From assembly GCA_036960375.1 (NCBI GenBank), contig JBALVY010000002.1:659049-723048 (forward strand): a stretch of DNA of 64,000 nt, given 5' to 3'. Source of the DNA: Pseudomonadales bacterium (GTDB lineage Bacteria > Pseudomonadota > Gammaproteobacteria > Pseudomonadales > CAWVSB01). The notes beneath the pieces were generated by a model, which did not search any database, was not told the DNA's origin, and was given only the letters and a program-made list of their open reading frames with translations. The first letter of the stretch is position 1. Every line of letters starts with the position of its first letter. Shown here piece after piece: positions 22,439 to 32,412 of the stretch. The translations under genes and the position numbers were made by a program.

Positions 22439-23728
22439 ATGTATAGACGACGGTTTATTCAGGCAGTTAGCGCCGCCGCGGGTTTGACTGTCTTGTCGCC
22501 CGCGAAGGGGCAAGCAAGCTCTTATAAGGGAATGGAAGAGGGTGCGAGTTGGCGGAAGCAGGCACTGGCCCGAATCGAGCGACACCGCAAGACCGACTTC
22601 CATATATCTGTTAATGACGCGCAGGGAAATCCCATTTCCGGTGTCGATGTAGAGTTGCGTTTGCGCAGGCACGAATTTGGATTTGGCGCCGCTGTTCGTC
22701 CTCAGGCACTATTTGGTAATCGTTACCACCGAGGAGATAGCGAGGAGTATCGGAAAATCACCAGTCACTATTTTCATCGGTTAACCGTAGAAAACGGAAT
22801 GAAGTGGAAGCATCAAGCGACAGCTGCGCCTTTGATGGAACCCTTTCTCGATTGGTGTTTGGAAGAAGACCTACCCGTAAGAGGACACTGTTTAGTTTGG
22901 CCGAAGTTTATACGAATTCCCCCGGAATTACACAAACTGAGAGATGATCCTGCAATGCTGGATTTGACGATCGATAATTATATAAAAAATATGTTGCAGC
23001 GATACGGCGCGCCTTTGATTGAGTGGGACGTCCTGAATGAGCCAAGAACACATACTGAGTTTATGGAAATTCTGGGGCCGAAAGTGGTCGATAAGTGGTT
23101 TTCTTTGGCTCAACAATATCGTCCGGAGTTAACGCGCTATATCAATGAGTACGGCGTACTCACGCGTAATAACCCGAATCATAGGCAGCAATATTACGAT
23201 TATATTCAGACATTATTAGATCGTGGTGTACCGCTTCAGGGTATTGGGTTTCAAAGTCATATTCCCGCTGCTTACGCGCCTACGCCACCGAGCGAGTTAC
23301 TGGCAATACTGGATGAATTCTCAAGCTTCGGTCTGGATTTACAGGTGACTGAATTTGATTTTGAAACCAAAAACAAACGACTTCAAGCCATCTATACCAT
23401 GGATTTTATGATTGCAGTATTTAGTCATCCTGCAACCAAGGGTCTCGTGACATGGACGCCATACGCCTACGGCGATAACAGTGCCGGTAAGCTGGATGCC
23501 GCAATGTTTGATCGTGATCTTTCTGAATTACCCAATGGCCGAATTTGGAATGACATGGTCAATGGGGTGTGGACTACCCGGGTGAATGCGCCCACCAATC
23601 TGCAGGGACAGGTAGATTTTCGGGGATTTCATGGCAAGTATGATGTTCGACTTAAGGCCGGCAAGCGAACTATTAGTCAACGCGTAGTATTGAACGCGAA
23701 AAGCCGTGAAGCGGTTTTGACGCTGTAA
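22439..23728 (+). CDS. GH10-like glycoside hydrolase (xylanase family) with a twin-arginine signal
   Basis: Tat-type leader MYRRRFIQAVSAAAGLTVLSPAKGQA. GH10-like catalytic blocks WDVLNEP (acid/base) and LQVTEFDF (nucleophile). Confidence 0.7.
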   Translation: MYRRRFIQAVSAAAGLTVLSPAKGQASSYKGMEEGASWRKQALARIERHRKTDFHISVNDAQGNPISGVDVELRLRRHEFGFGAAVRPQALFGNRYHRGDSEEYRKITSHYFHRLTVENGMKWKHQATAAPLMEPFLDWCLEEDLPVRGHCLVWPKFIRIPPELHKLRDDPAMLDLTIDNYIKNMLQRYGAPLIEWDVLNEPRTHTEFMEILGPKVVDKWFSLAQQYRPELTRYINEYGVLTRNNPNHRQQYYDYIQTLLDRGVPLQGIGFQSHIPAAYAPTPPSELLAILDEFSSFGLDLQVTEFDFETKNKRLQAIYTMDFMIAVFSHPATKGLVTWTPYAYGDNSAGKLDAAMFDRDLSELPNGRIWNDMVNGVWTTRVNAPTNLQGQVDFRGFHGKYDVRLKAGKRTISQRVVLNAKSREAVLTL

Positions 23729-23743
23729 ACCAACATTTAGGGA

Positions 23744-25210
23744 ATGTCTGTGAAATGTAATATGCTTTTTAAGATGTTGATTGTAATTTCAATGCTATTT
23801 CAGGTTTCGGCCATTTGTGCTGATGATATGTCGTCACCGATAAAAAATGTTCTGTTTATCGTGATGGATGATTTGAGACCTGAGTTGCAGACATATGGGA
23901 AATTACATATTCAATCACCGGAAATAGATGCGCTGGCGAATGAATCGGTACTATTCAGTAATGCTTATAGCAATGTGCCTGTTTGTGGCGCTTCTCGCGC
24001 GTCGGTTTTGTCGGGCTTACGGCCTAGTCCGCATCGGTTCCTCGGGTATCAATCTCGCATCGATGAAGATGCACCAGAGGCCATTACATTACCAGCGCAG
24101 TTAAAGAATTCCGGGTTTCGTACTATATCGGTTGGAAAGGTACTGCATTTTCGTGCGGACAGCCGCGATGATTGGAGTAAGCGTCCGTGGCACCCAATGG
24201 ATGATGTTAAGGGTACGTCAAAGGACACCGGGCATCGGGACTATCAGATAGAAGATAATATATTGAGATTTAAAAAGGAGCGCAAAGGGCCTGCTTTTGA
24301 GGCGGCTGATGTGCCTGATAATGACTATTTCGATGGAAAAATAGCGGAGCGGGCCATAGCTGAACTACAGAAGGCAGCTGAAGAAGAGCAGCCATTTTTC
24401 CTCGCAGTGGGATTCTTAAAACCACATTTGCCTTTTAATGCGCCGAAGAAATATTGGGATCTCTATGCCCCTGACAGTATTGCCCTGGCAAAACATCGGA
24501 CATTTCCGACCTCTGCACCTCAGCAAGCATGGCATGACTGGGGAGAGCTTCGTAAACATGATGATGTCCCTCCTGCGCCAGAGCTTATGCCAGATGACGT
24601 TGCGAGAGATTTGGTGCGTGGATACGCAGCAGCGGTCAGCTATAGCGATGCGCAGGTTGGTAAAGTCCTTAAGGCTTTAGAAAGCCAAGGATTGGCAGAG
24701 AATACACTGGTCATACTGTGGGGTGACCATGGTTGGAGCTTAGGTGAGCACGGTCTATGGGCCAAACACTCGCCTTTCGATGTGGCGACTAAAGTGCCTC
24801 TTCTGATAAGGGCGCCTGGGCTAAGCTCTGATGGAGGGCGGGCGGATGGCCTCGCTGAGTTAGTGGACTTATACCCGACAATAGTCGACCTGTTACAACT
24901 GCCGCAACCAGATCATTTGCAAGGACGTTCCTTACGGCCCCAATTATTGGATCCGGCGCATACAGGTAAGGAGGCGGTCTTTATGCGATGGAGAAATGCA
25001 GATATTGTTCGTACTGATCGATTCTCTTATACCCAATGGAAAAATAAGGCGGGTGAGCAAACCGCGCACATGCTCTATGACCTTAATGCAGATCCAGAAG
25101 AAGTTATCAATATAGCGGATGACTCGGCTTTCGAAGATCAGGTGAAAGCGCTAAAAGAACGTCTGCATGTTCAGAACAGCTGGTACCCGAAATCTGAACC
25201 TTCGAATTAG
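23744..25210 (+). CDS. Exported Cys-type sulfatase (iduronate-2-sulfatase-like)
   Basis: Signal peptide. Signature VPVCGASRASVLSGLRP (C-x-A-x-R variant), with LWGDHGW downstream. Confidence 0.85.
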   Translation: MSVKCNMLFKMLIVISMLFQVSAICADDMSSPIKNVLFIVMDDLRPELQTYGKLHIQSPEIDALANESVLFSNAYSNVPVCGASRASVLSGLRPSPHRFLGYQSRIDEDAPEAITLPAQLKNSGFRTISVGKVLHFRADSRDDWSKRPWHPMDDVKGTSKDTGHRDYQIEDNILRFKKERKGPAFEAADVPDNDYFDGKIAERAIAELQKAAEEEQPFFLAVGFLKPHLPFNAPKKYWDLYAPDSIALAKHRTFPTSAPQQAWHDWGELRKHDDVPPAPELMPDDVARDLVRGYAAAVSYSDAQVGKVLKALESQGLAENTLVILWGDHGWSLGEHGLWAKHSPFDVATKVPLLIRAPGLSSDGGRADGLAELVDLYPTIVDLLQLPQPDHLQGRSLRPQLLDPAHTGKEAVFMRWRNADIVRTDRFSYTQWKNKAGEQTAHMLYDLNADPEEVINIADDSAFEDQVKALKERLHVQNSWYPKSEPSN

Positions 25211-25214
25211 TCTT

Positions 25215-27548
25215 ATGTTAGGAAAAATGATGGAAATTTTAATTGGAAAAAGAAGTAATGTAGGTTTCTTGGCTCTTATTTGCATGCTCTTTGTAGCGCC
25301 CAGTGAAGCTAAATTACCGTATCAAGATGCGAGCTTGTCTGCCGAGCAGCGAACGGAAGATTTGCTCTTGCGCATGACGCTTGAGGAGAAGATAGGGCAG
25401 ATGTGTCAGTACGTCGGTATTGAACATTCGGCTGAGCTTGAAGGAAACATGACCATAGAGGAGCTGAATCAAAGTGATGCTCATGGTTTTTACCCCGACC
25501 TGCATTCCTCGCAAATACCCGCGCTTATAAAAAGCGGTGAAATCGGCTCTTTTTTACATGTTGTCACGGTTAGTGAGGCTAATCACTTACAATCACTTGC
25601 CAAGCAAAGCCGCTTGGGTATCCCTTTAATTATCGGTATAGATGCAATTCACGGCAACGCTATGGTCAGCGGAAGCACTGTCTATCCCGCGCCATTAGCT
25701 ATGGCAAGTACCTGGAATTTGGACTTGGTTCGCAAGGCTAGTCGCGAGACAGCGTTGGAAATGCGGGCAACGGGCTCCCATTGGACGTTTACTCCTAATG
25801 TTGATGTTGCAAGAGATGCACGATGGGGTAGGGTCGGAGAAACATTTGGCGAAGATCCCTTTCTCGTGGGAGAGATGGGCGTTGCAACAATCGAAGGTCT
25901 TCAGCTAGGAGATTTTACCGGGCCAGATAAAGTACTGGCCAATGCCAAACATTTTATTGCCGGCGGTAGTCCTATAAATGGGCTCAATTTTGCACCTATG
26001 GATTTGTCGGAAAGGTCCCTAAGGGAGGTCTATTTACCTCCTTTTAAGAAGGCCATTGATGCCGGTGTTTTTACTTTCATGGCGGCCCATAATGAGGTTA
26101 ACGGTGTTCCTTCCCATAGCAGTCGCTATCTTCTGACCGATATTTTGCGTAAAGAGTGGGGTTTTGAGGGCTTTGTGGTCAGTGACTGGATGGATATTGA
26201 GCGTATTCATACAATTCATCGTGTAGCTGAGACGCCTAAAGAAGCGGTATTTCAGGCGGTATATGCGGGCATGGATATGCACATGCATGGCCCCGGATTT
26301 TTAGAACCGTTGGCTGAACTCGTAAAAGAGGGGCGCATAGAAGAAAGTCGAATTGATGCCTCTGTTCGTCCCATTCTTATTGCAAAGTTCAAACTTGGCC
26401 TGTTTGAAAATGCCCTGGTGGAGGCTTCTGCGTCTGCGATCGTCAATTCCACACCCCATCGTTTAACCGCGCTCCAGATGGCTAGGCAATCAATTGTGTT
26501 GCTGGAAAATCGCAACAATACCTTACCACTATCGCCGGCTAGTCGAATATTTGTCACTGGGCCGAATGCGAATAACCATACAATTCTTGGCGATTGGGTA
26601 TTGCCGCAGCCTGAAAAGAACGTCATTACCGTTGTTGAGGGCTTAAAGCAGGTGCTCGGAAAGAAAGCCCAGTTAGATTATTTGAATGTTGGTGATCAGG
26701 TTAAAAATATTTCACAGACATCAATAGACCAAGCTCGGGAGCGCGCTGCGAAATCTGATATTGCGATAGTCGTAGTCGGTCAAAACCCACTGCGCTATGA
26801 CAGCGACGGAAAGACTTCGGGAGAGAATGTTGGCCGCAGCAATATTAACCTTGTGGGCCGGCAGTTGGACTTGGTGAAAGCCGTATACTCATCTGGTAAG
26901 CCGACCATTGTGGTCTTTGTGGGTGGCAGGCCTATTGCAGAGCCCTGGATTGCTGAAAATAGTGCTGCTTTCGTACAGGCTTGGGAGCCAGGAGCATTGG
27001 GTGGGCTGGCTTTGGCAGAAATTCTTTTAGGGCATGTTAACCCCAGTGGTAAGTTACCCATAACTATGCCTTACAGCGTCGGGCATATTCAGGCTATTTA
27101 TAATCACAAACCCTCGTCTTATAAACATAAGTATACCGATGCGCCAACACGTAATTTGTACGATTTTGGTTTTGGTTTGGGCTATAGCGAGTTTTTATAT
27201 GGCCAGCCAAAATTAGCACAGAATAAGATCAATGCTGATTCAGCCACCCGTGTTGTCTTTACTTTAAGCAATGTGGGTAGACGACGAGGCACTGAAGTTG
27301 TTCAGTTATATATTCGCGATGAATACAGTCAGGTGAGTCGGCCAGTAAAAGAGTTAAAGGGATTTCAGCGGGTCAGCCTGGCGCCGGGCGAAAGCCGAGA
27401 AGTGAACTTCGATATTACGTCTGAGATGTTGGCTTATTACAACCTTGATATGAAGAAGATTGTAGAACCAGGAGCTTTTCAGATCATGATCGGTTCCTCT
27501 TCCAGCAAGGGTGATTTAAAAACTACTCGACTCATTGTTGAGAAGTGA
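25215..27548 (+). CDS. bglX: GH3 beta-glucosidase/xylosidase (BglX-like), exported
   Basis: Blocks IGIDAIHGN, KHFIAGG and the nucleophile block GFVVSDW, plus a C-terminal Fn3-like domain. The track start 25167 overlaps the upstream sulfatase. ATG 25215, 25227 or 25230 gives the signal peptide ...VGFLALICMLFVAPSEA. Confidence 0.9.
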   Translation: MLGKMMEILIGKRSNVGFLALICMLFVAPSEAKLPYQDASLSAEQRTEDLLLRMTLEEKIGQMCQYVGIEHSAELEGNMTIEELNQSDAHGFYPDLHSSQIPALIKSGEIGSFLHVVTVSEANHLQSLAKQSRLGIPLIIGIDAIHGNAMVSGSTVYPAPLAMASTWNLDLVRKASRETALEMRATGSHWTFTPNVDVARDARWGRVGETFGEDPFLVGEMGVATIEGLQLGDFTGPDKVLANAKHFIAGGSPINGLNFAPMDLSERSLREVYLPPFKKAIDAGVFTFMAAHNEVNGVPSHSSRYLLTDILRKEWGFEGFVVSDWMDIERIHTIHRVAETPKEAVFQAVYAGMDMHMHGPGFLEPLAELVKEGRIEESRIDASVRPILIAKFKLGLFENALVEASASAIVNSTPHRLTALQMARQSIVLLENRNNTLPLSPASRIFVTGPNANNHTILGDWVLPQPEKNVITVVEGLKQVLGKKAQLDYLNVGDQVKNISQTSIDQARERAAKSDIAIVVVGQNPLRYDSDGKTSGENVGRSNINLVGRQLDLVKAVYSSGKPTIVVFVGGRPIAEPWIAENSAAFVQAWEPGALGGLALAEILLGHVNPSGKLPITMPYSVGHIQAIYNHKPSSYKHKYTDAPTRNLYDFGFGLGYSEFLYGQPKLAQNKINADSATRVVFTLSNVGRRRGTEVVQLYIRDEYSQVSRPVKELKGFQRVSLAPGESREVNFDITSEMLAYYNLDMKKIVEPGAFQIMIGSSSSKGDLKTTRLIVEK

Positions 27549-27613
27549 TAAGGCAATGTGGATTTCTATGCCTGAATTCCAATAAAAATATTAGAACAAT
27601 AGGAGTGTGATAC

Positions 27614-29176
27614 ATGCAGCTTGCGCCAATTGATATTTCCGTATTTATTATCTATGTCATTGCCCTTATAGGCATCGCCTATTTGGTATCCCGCGAGAAA
27701 GCGGGCCATGAAAAAGATACCAAAGATTACTTTTTGGCCGGTAACAGCCTGCCTTGGTGGGCCATTGGTGCATCACTGATTGCAGCCAATATTTCTGCCG
27801 AGCAAATTATTGGTATGTCTGGGTCGGGCTTTGCTATTGGTCTGGCCATTGCTTCTTATGAGTGGATGGCGGCAATTACCCTCATTATTGTGGGTAAGTA
27901 TTTTCTGCCCATTTTCCTCAAACGCGGTATTTACACCATGCCGCAGTTTTTGGAGCAGCGCTTTGATCACCGCGTAAGAACGATACTGGCCGTGTTCTGG
28001 CTGGGCGTGTATGTGTTTGTCAACCTGACTTCTATTCTGTGGCTTGGTGCGCTGGCAATCAACACGGTTACCGGTATCGACATGCTCTATGGCATGATAT
28101 TTTTGGCTGCATTTGCATCGGCCTACTCATTGTACGGTGGCTTGAAAGCGGTGGCCTATACCGACATCATTCAGGTGGTTATTCTGGTATTTGGCGGACT
28201 GCTGCTGTCGTGGATCTGTCTCGACCTGATCTCTGAAGGTAATGGTGTTGTTGCAGGTTTTGTTTCCTTAACCGAACAAGCATCCGACCGTTTCGACCTG
28301 ATTCTCGATAAGGACCACCCGCACTATATGAGCTTGCCCGGTATTTCTGTCCTGGTCGGTGGCATGTGGATTATGAACCTGTCTTATTGGGGCTTTAATC
28401 AATACATTATTCAGCGCACCTTGGCAGCCAAGAGTTTGAAAGAAGGGCAGCGCGGCATTGTCTTTGCAGCCTACCTCAAGCTATTGATGCCGATTATTGT
28501 GGTATTACCCGGTATAGCAGCAGTGATTTTGGCGCCTCAGTTGGAGCGACCCGACGAGGCCTATCCTACTTTGATGCACCTGATGCCAGTGGGAATCAAA
28601 GGTTTGGTGTTTGCGGCCCTGGTTGCCGCTATTGTGTCTTCTCTGGGTTCGATGATTAACAGCATTGCCACCATTTTCACCATGGATCTGTATGCTCACC
28701 ATCGCCCCGAAAAGTCTCAGAAACATTATGTCACTGTGGGTCGGGTTGTGGGTTTCAGTGCCCTGATCATCGCCATGATCTGCGCTAGACCGTTGCTAGG
28801 AAATTTCGATCAGGCGTTCCAGTATATTCAAGAATTCACCGGATTCTTTACCCCCGGTATTGTGGCCCTATTCCTGATGGGTATGTTCTGGAAGCGGGCA
28901 ACTGCCAAAGCGGCACTGGTTGCCGCTATTGGCTCAGCAGTCTTCTCGCTGGCCTTTAAGCTGTTGCTGCCTGAGGTGCCTTTTATCGATCGTGTGGGTC
29001 TGGTATTCATCCTCTGTTTGGTACTGCCTGCGGTGACGGTGTTTATTGAAAAGGCCGGAGAGCAAGAAAATGCCGTGGACTTATCAGACATCAGTTTCTC
29101 GACCACGCGTAATTTCAATATTGGGGCCATCGGTGTGATATTGATATTGACCGGTCTATACGCTACTTGGTGGTGA
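27614..29176 (+). CDS. Sodium/solute symporter (SSS/SGLT family), paralog 2
   Basis: 520 aa, collinear without indels with paralog 1 (about 47 substitutions by my count). AGGAG lies 9 nt upstream of the ATG. Confidence 0.9.
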   Translation: MQLAPIDISVFIIYVIALIGIAYLVSREKAGHEKDTKDYFLAGNSLPWWAIGASLIAANISAEQIIGMSGSGFAIGLAIASYEWMAAITLIIVGKYFLPIFLKRGIYTMPQFLEQRFDHRVRTILAVFWLGVYVFVNLTSILWLGALAINTVTGIDMLYGMIFLAAFASAYSLYGGLKAVAYTDIIQVVILVFGGLLLSWICLDLISEGNGVVAGFVSLTEQASDRFDLILDKDHPHYMSLPGISVLVGGMWIMNLSYWGFNQYIIQRTLAAKSLKEGQRGIVFAAYLKLLMPIIVVLPGIAAVILAPQLERPDEAYPTLMHLMPVGIKGLVFAALVAAIVSSLGSMINSIATIFTMDLYAHHRPEKSQKHYVTVGRVVGFSALIIAMICARPLLGNFDQAFQYIQEFTGFFTPGIVALFLMGMFWKRATAKAALVAAIGSAVFSLAFKLLLPEVPFIDRVGLVFILCLVLPAVTVFIEKAGEQENAVDLSDISFSTTRNFNIGAIGVILILTGLYATWW

Positions 29177-29200
29177 TAAACCGCTTTTGGATGTGACAAG

Positions 29201-30859
29201 ATGCGTAAAGCCCTGATTATGTGTTTGGCCCTCATGATTGCCGCCTGCTCCGGCGAAAAATCGGTAGATGCCCAGGCGACCCCTGCAGAAACCTTCACGG
29301 ATCAACCGAATATTCTTATTCTAATGGCGGAGGATATGAGTTCGAGAGTGGGCGCTTTTGACGACCCTGTTGCTCAAACACCTAATCTAGATGCCTTGGC
29401 ACAAACGAGCGTGCGCTACCCCAATACTTTCACGACGGCAGGGGTTTGTGCCCCAAGCCGAACAGCGCATATCACCGGTGTCCATCAGGTCACCGTTGGC
29501 GGTCAACATATGCGCACGCGTAGTTTTGCCAAAATGCCTTATCGAGCAATCCCACCGGCGGATGTGAAGGCCTACCCCGAGCTGATGCGACATGCGGGCT
29601 ATTACACGTTTACTAATAATAAGCTGGATTACCAGTTTAGTAATACCAGTGCTGGGACCGGCCCTTTTACTATTTGGGATTATGAAGGCGGCAGTCCGGA
29701 TTGGAACAAGCGGGCTAAGGGTCAACCATTTTTCGCTTTGATAAACTTCAAGATTACTCATGAAAGTCAATTGTTCAAAACAGAAGTTGAGAAAAATCGG
29801 TCGAAGGGCTATGCCCGTGTAGTCACTCCGAATCAGGTTGAGGTTCCACCCTATTACCCAGATACTCCAGTGGTTCGAGAAACTATAGCCCAGCAATACG
29901 ACAACATTTACCAGATGGATAAAGAAGTAGGCGCATTGTTGGCGAAGTTGAAGGAAGATGGCTTAGCTGAGAATACGATTGTGATCTGGACAACTGACCA
30001 CGGAGACGGTCTCCCTCGCGCAAAACGAGAGATATACGACAGTGGTATTAAAGTCCCCTTGATTATTCACAGGCCAGAGAAGTTCAAGCCTGCATCTATG
30101 GTCCCCGGTAGCATAGATGAGCGTTTAATCAGTTTTGTGGATATAGGCCCTTCGGTGCTCAGTATGGCAGGTGTCGATGTTCCAGCCTTCATGCAGGGAT
30201 ATGCGAGCTTAACGGCTGACGGCCATAGCCGTGATTATGTCTTCGCTTCTAAAGATCGATTGGATGAATTTCCTTTTCGTGAGCGAGTCGTTCGTGGTCA
30301 GCGTTATAAGTATCTATATAACTATCAGCCCGGCGAGCCGGGCGCAAGGCACCTCGCTTACCGTGATAAATTGGAGATGATGAGAGAATTATGGGCGCTA
30401 TACGAGACGGGTCAATTGAACGCGGCGCAGAGCTTTTGGTTTGAACCACGCCCTCAGGAAGAGCTCTATGATCTTGAGCTTGATCCTTATGAAATCAACA
30501 ATTTAGCGGATGACCCGCGGTTTAATAATGAGCTTGTAAGAATGAGACAGGCGCTTAAATCCTGGCAGGAACGGGTGAGCGATCTGAGTGAACAGTCTGA
30601 AGAGGATATGGCTTTGGCTTTTTGGCCTGAAGGAAAACAGCCCCTAACACCGGCGCCTTCTTTTACAGTTCTCGGTAGTCATGATGTTCAATTAAACAGC
30701 AACGAGGTTGGAGCATCTCTAGGCTATCGTTTTGATGATGGAGCGTGGCAAGCCTATGAGCCTGATTCCATTATCAAAGCGGCTAAGGACTCAATACTCT
30801 ATTCAAAGGCGGTGCGTTATGGTTGGCAGGAAAGCGCGGAGATAAGTCATAAATTTTAA
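29201..30859 (+). CDS. Cys-type sulfatase, lipoprotein
   Basis: Lipobox LMIAAC. Signature TTAGVCAPSRTAHITGVH (C-x-P-x-R), then WTTDHGDG, and an extra C-terminal domain. Confidence 0.85.
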   Translation: MRKALIMCLALMIAACSGEKSVDAQATPAETFTDQPNILILMAEDMSSRVGAFDDPVAQTPNLDALAQTSVRYPNTFTTAGVCAPSRTAHITGVHQVTVGGQHMRTRSFAKMPYRAIPPADVKAYPELMRHAGYYTFTNNKLDYQFSNTSAGTGPFTIWDYEGGSPDWNKRAKGQPFFALINFKITHESQLFKTEVEKNRSKGYARVVTPNQVEVPPYYPDTPVVRETIAQQYDNIYQMDKEVGALLAKLKEDGLAENTIVIWTTDHGDGLPRAKREIYDSGIKVPLIIHRPEKFKPASMVPGSIDERLISFVDIGPSVLSMAGVDVPAFMQGYASLTADGHSRDYVFASKDRLDEFPFRERVVRGQRYKYLYNYQPGEPGARHLAYRDKLEMMRELWALYETGQLNAAQSFWFEPRPQEELYDLELDPYEINNLADDPRFNNELVRMRQALKSWQERVSDLSEQSEEDMALAFWPEGKQPLTPAPSFTVLGSHDVQLNSNEVGASLGYRFDDGAWQAYEPDSIIKAAKDSILYSKAVRYGWQESAEISHKF

Positions 30860-30910
30860 CGAGACAATGGTATTGGTCTGAATCGTGAGATGATCACTTA
30901 AGCACGCTAG

Positions 30911-31135
30911 GCGTTTTTATTGGTACTCGCACACTATGCTGTACACACGCCCATCGAAGCGCCGGCTTCTCTGGTTGAGAAGTACGAAGAGAAGCTAAGC
31001 TTGGAAAATATTCCTGTCGGAGGAAAGAACAGGGATGAGGATACTCATCAGAGACAGCGACTGGAGCGGATGTTGAACGAATGGAAACTTGCCAAAAACG
31101 CCCGTTTGGGAAGTTTTAAGAAGTCAAAAAAGTAA
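30911..31135 (+). pseudogene. Sulfatase gene fragment (internal piece only)
   Basis: The frame opens right after a TAG at 30908. It reads AFLLVLAHYAVHTPIEAPASLVEKYEEK..., matching the conserved mid-protein sulfatase block (F.Y.A..A.H.P...P), then diverges and stops. There is no N-terminal CxPxR region and no C-terminal domain. Confidence 0.6.
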
Positions 31136-31270
31136 ACACCCCGGGTTACTGTGGGTGCCGGTAGTATTTCTGCGGGAGATCGCAAAGTGAATGGGAAGTA
31201 GTATCAATAATCGATGGAATTTAATGCTGTTAGTGGGCCTGAGACAGGCTTTTTTCTTTGAAATAAAGGC

Positions 31271-32164
31271 ATGAGAGCATTTTTTGTCTTAGCTCTAGCT
31301 ACTTTGATTCTGTTCGCTTTGGGGTTGCTTTTTTACTGTGAAAGATACGAAGAGTCACCACGCATAGATGATTCTGTTTTTTTAAAAAGCAACCTCATTC
31401 CATGGTCGATAGTTGGCTTTGACATTAAGCAGCGCTCACCAAAAGAACGGTTGGAGATGTTGGAGCGTTTAGGCTATGCACAATATGCCTATGGATATCG
31501 ATCAAAAAATATACCCACCATGGTGGATGAATGGCAATTAGCAAAAAAGAAGAATATTAAAATACGAGCAGTTTGGTTATACATAAACCTTAGAAAAGAC
31601 CATCCGGAATCTCTAAAGTCCGAAAGTGAAGTTGTTTTTAAAAATCTGGAAAAACTTAAGTTAAAGACCCAGATTTGGGTGGGCTTTGAACCATCCTATT
31701 TTGATGGTTTGTCAGATGAGGAATCCCTGCTGCAGTCAGTTGCTATGGTTGAGTACCTTTCCAAAAGGGCAGAGAAATTGGGCTGCAAGATAGCCCTGTA
31801 TAATCATGGTGGTTGGTTTGGAAAGCCAGACAACCAGTTGAAGATAGTCAAAGCGCTGCCAGCGCAAGATTTAGGCATTATCTTTAATTTTCATCATGCC
31901 CATGATTCCCTGGAGGAGTATTCAGAAAATATAACGAAGCTATTACCCTATTTATGGTCAGTGTCCCTAAATGGAATGAAGGCTGAGGGCCCCAAGATAA
32001 TTACTATTGGAGAGGGGGATATTGAGAAGCATATGATTCAGCAGCTATTAGATTTGGACTATACCGGCCCTTTTAATATTTTGGGGCACGTAAAGGGGGG
32101 TGACCCCGAGATTATTTTGGAAAATAACTATCAGGGGTTGAAAGGCTTGTTTTTGATGGATTAA
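31271..32164 (+). CDS. Xylose-isomerase-like TIM-barrel protein (sugar phosphate isomerase/epimerase family), N-terminal TM anchor
   Basis: 297 aa. Hydrophobic N-terminus FFVLALATLILFALGLLFY. Blocks ...KIALYNHGGWFG... and ...IFNFHHAHD... are typical of that fold. The gene is visibly AT-richer and more Lys/Asn/Ile-rich than its neighbours. Confidence 0.5.
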   Translation: MRAFFVLALATLILFALGLLFYCERYEESPRIDDSVFLKSNLIPWSIVGFDIKQRSPKERLEMLERLGYAQYAYGYRSKNIPTMVDEWQLAKKKNIKIRAVWLYINLRKDHPESLKSESEVVFKNLEKLKLKTQIWVGFEPSYFDGLSDEESLLQSVAMVEYLSKRAEKLGCKIALYNHGGWFGKPDNQLKIVKALPAQDLGIIFNFHHAHDSLEEYSENITKLLPYLWSVSLNGMKAEGPKIITIGEGDIEKHMIQQLLDLDYTGPFNILGHVKGGDPEIILENNYQGLKGLFLMD

Positions 32165-32170
32165 AACCCT

Positions 32171-32235
32171 TGTAGGGTATTCCCTGTAGGTAAACGTCCG
32201 AATCCCCTACTTGCTAAATGGGGCATAGCCGATGG
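32171..32235 (+). repeat. 65-nt GTAGGG/CCCTAC-rich element, copy B (orphan copy)
   Basis: It aligns without gaps to 17864..17928. The first 8 nt (TGTAGGGT) are identical, and the 39-nt core TCCGAATCCCCTACTTGCTAAATGGGGCATAGCCGATGG matches at 33 of 39 positions. Confidence 0.45.
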
Positions 32236-32343
32236 AAAACCGCTCTCAAACGGTGCAAATTGACATGCTTATGTAAAGATCATCATGTTACTAGCTCTGC
32301 TCGATGGTATGCTCCTAAAAATTAGAATAATGAGGCCTTAATA

Positions 32344-32412
32344 GTGCAACTTGCCCCAATTGATATTTCCGTATTTATTATCTATGTCATTGCCCTTATA
32401 GGCATCGCCTAT
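32344..32412 (+). pseudogene. 69-nt remnant of the 5' end of the SSS symporter gene (copy of 27614..27682)
   Basis: GTGCAACTTGCCCCAATTGATATTTCCGTATTTATTATCTATGTCATTGCCCTTATAGGCATCGCCTAT matches 27614..27682 at 66 of 69 positions, with the last 57 nt identical. Similarity stops abruptly at 32412. Confidence 0.85.
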
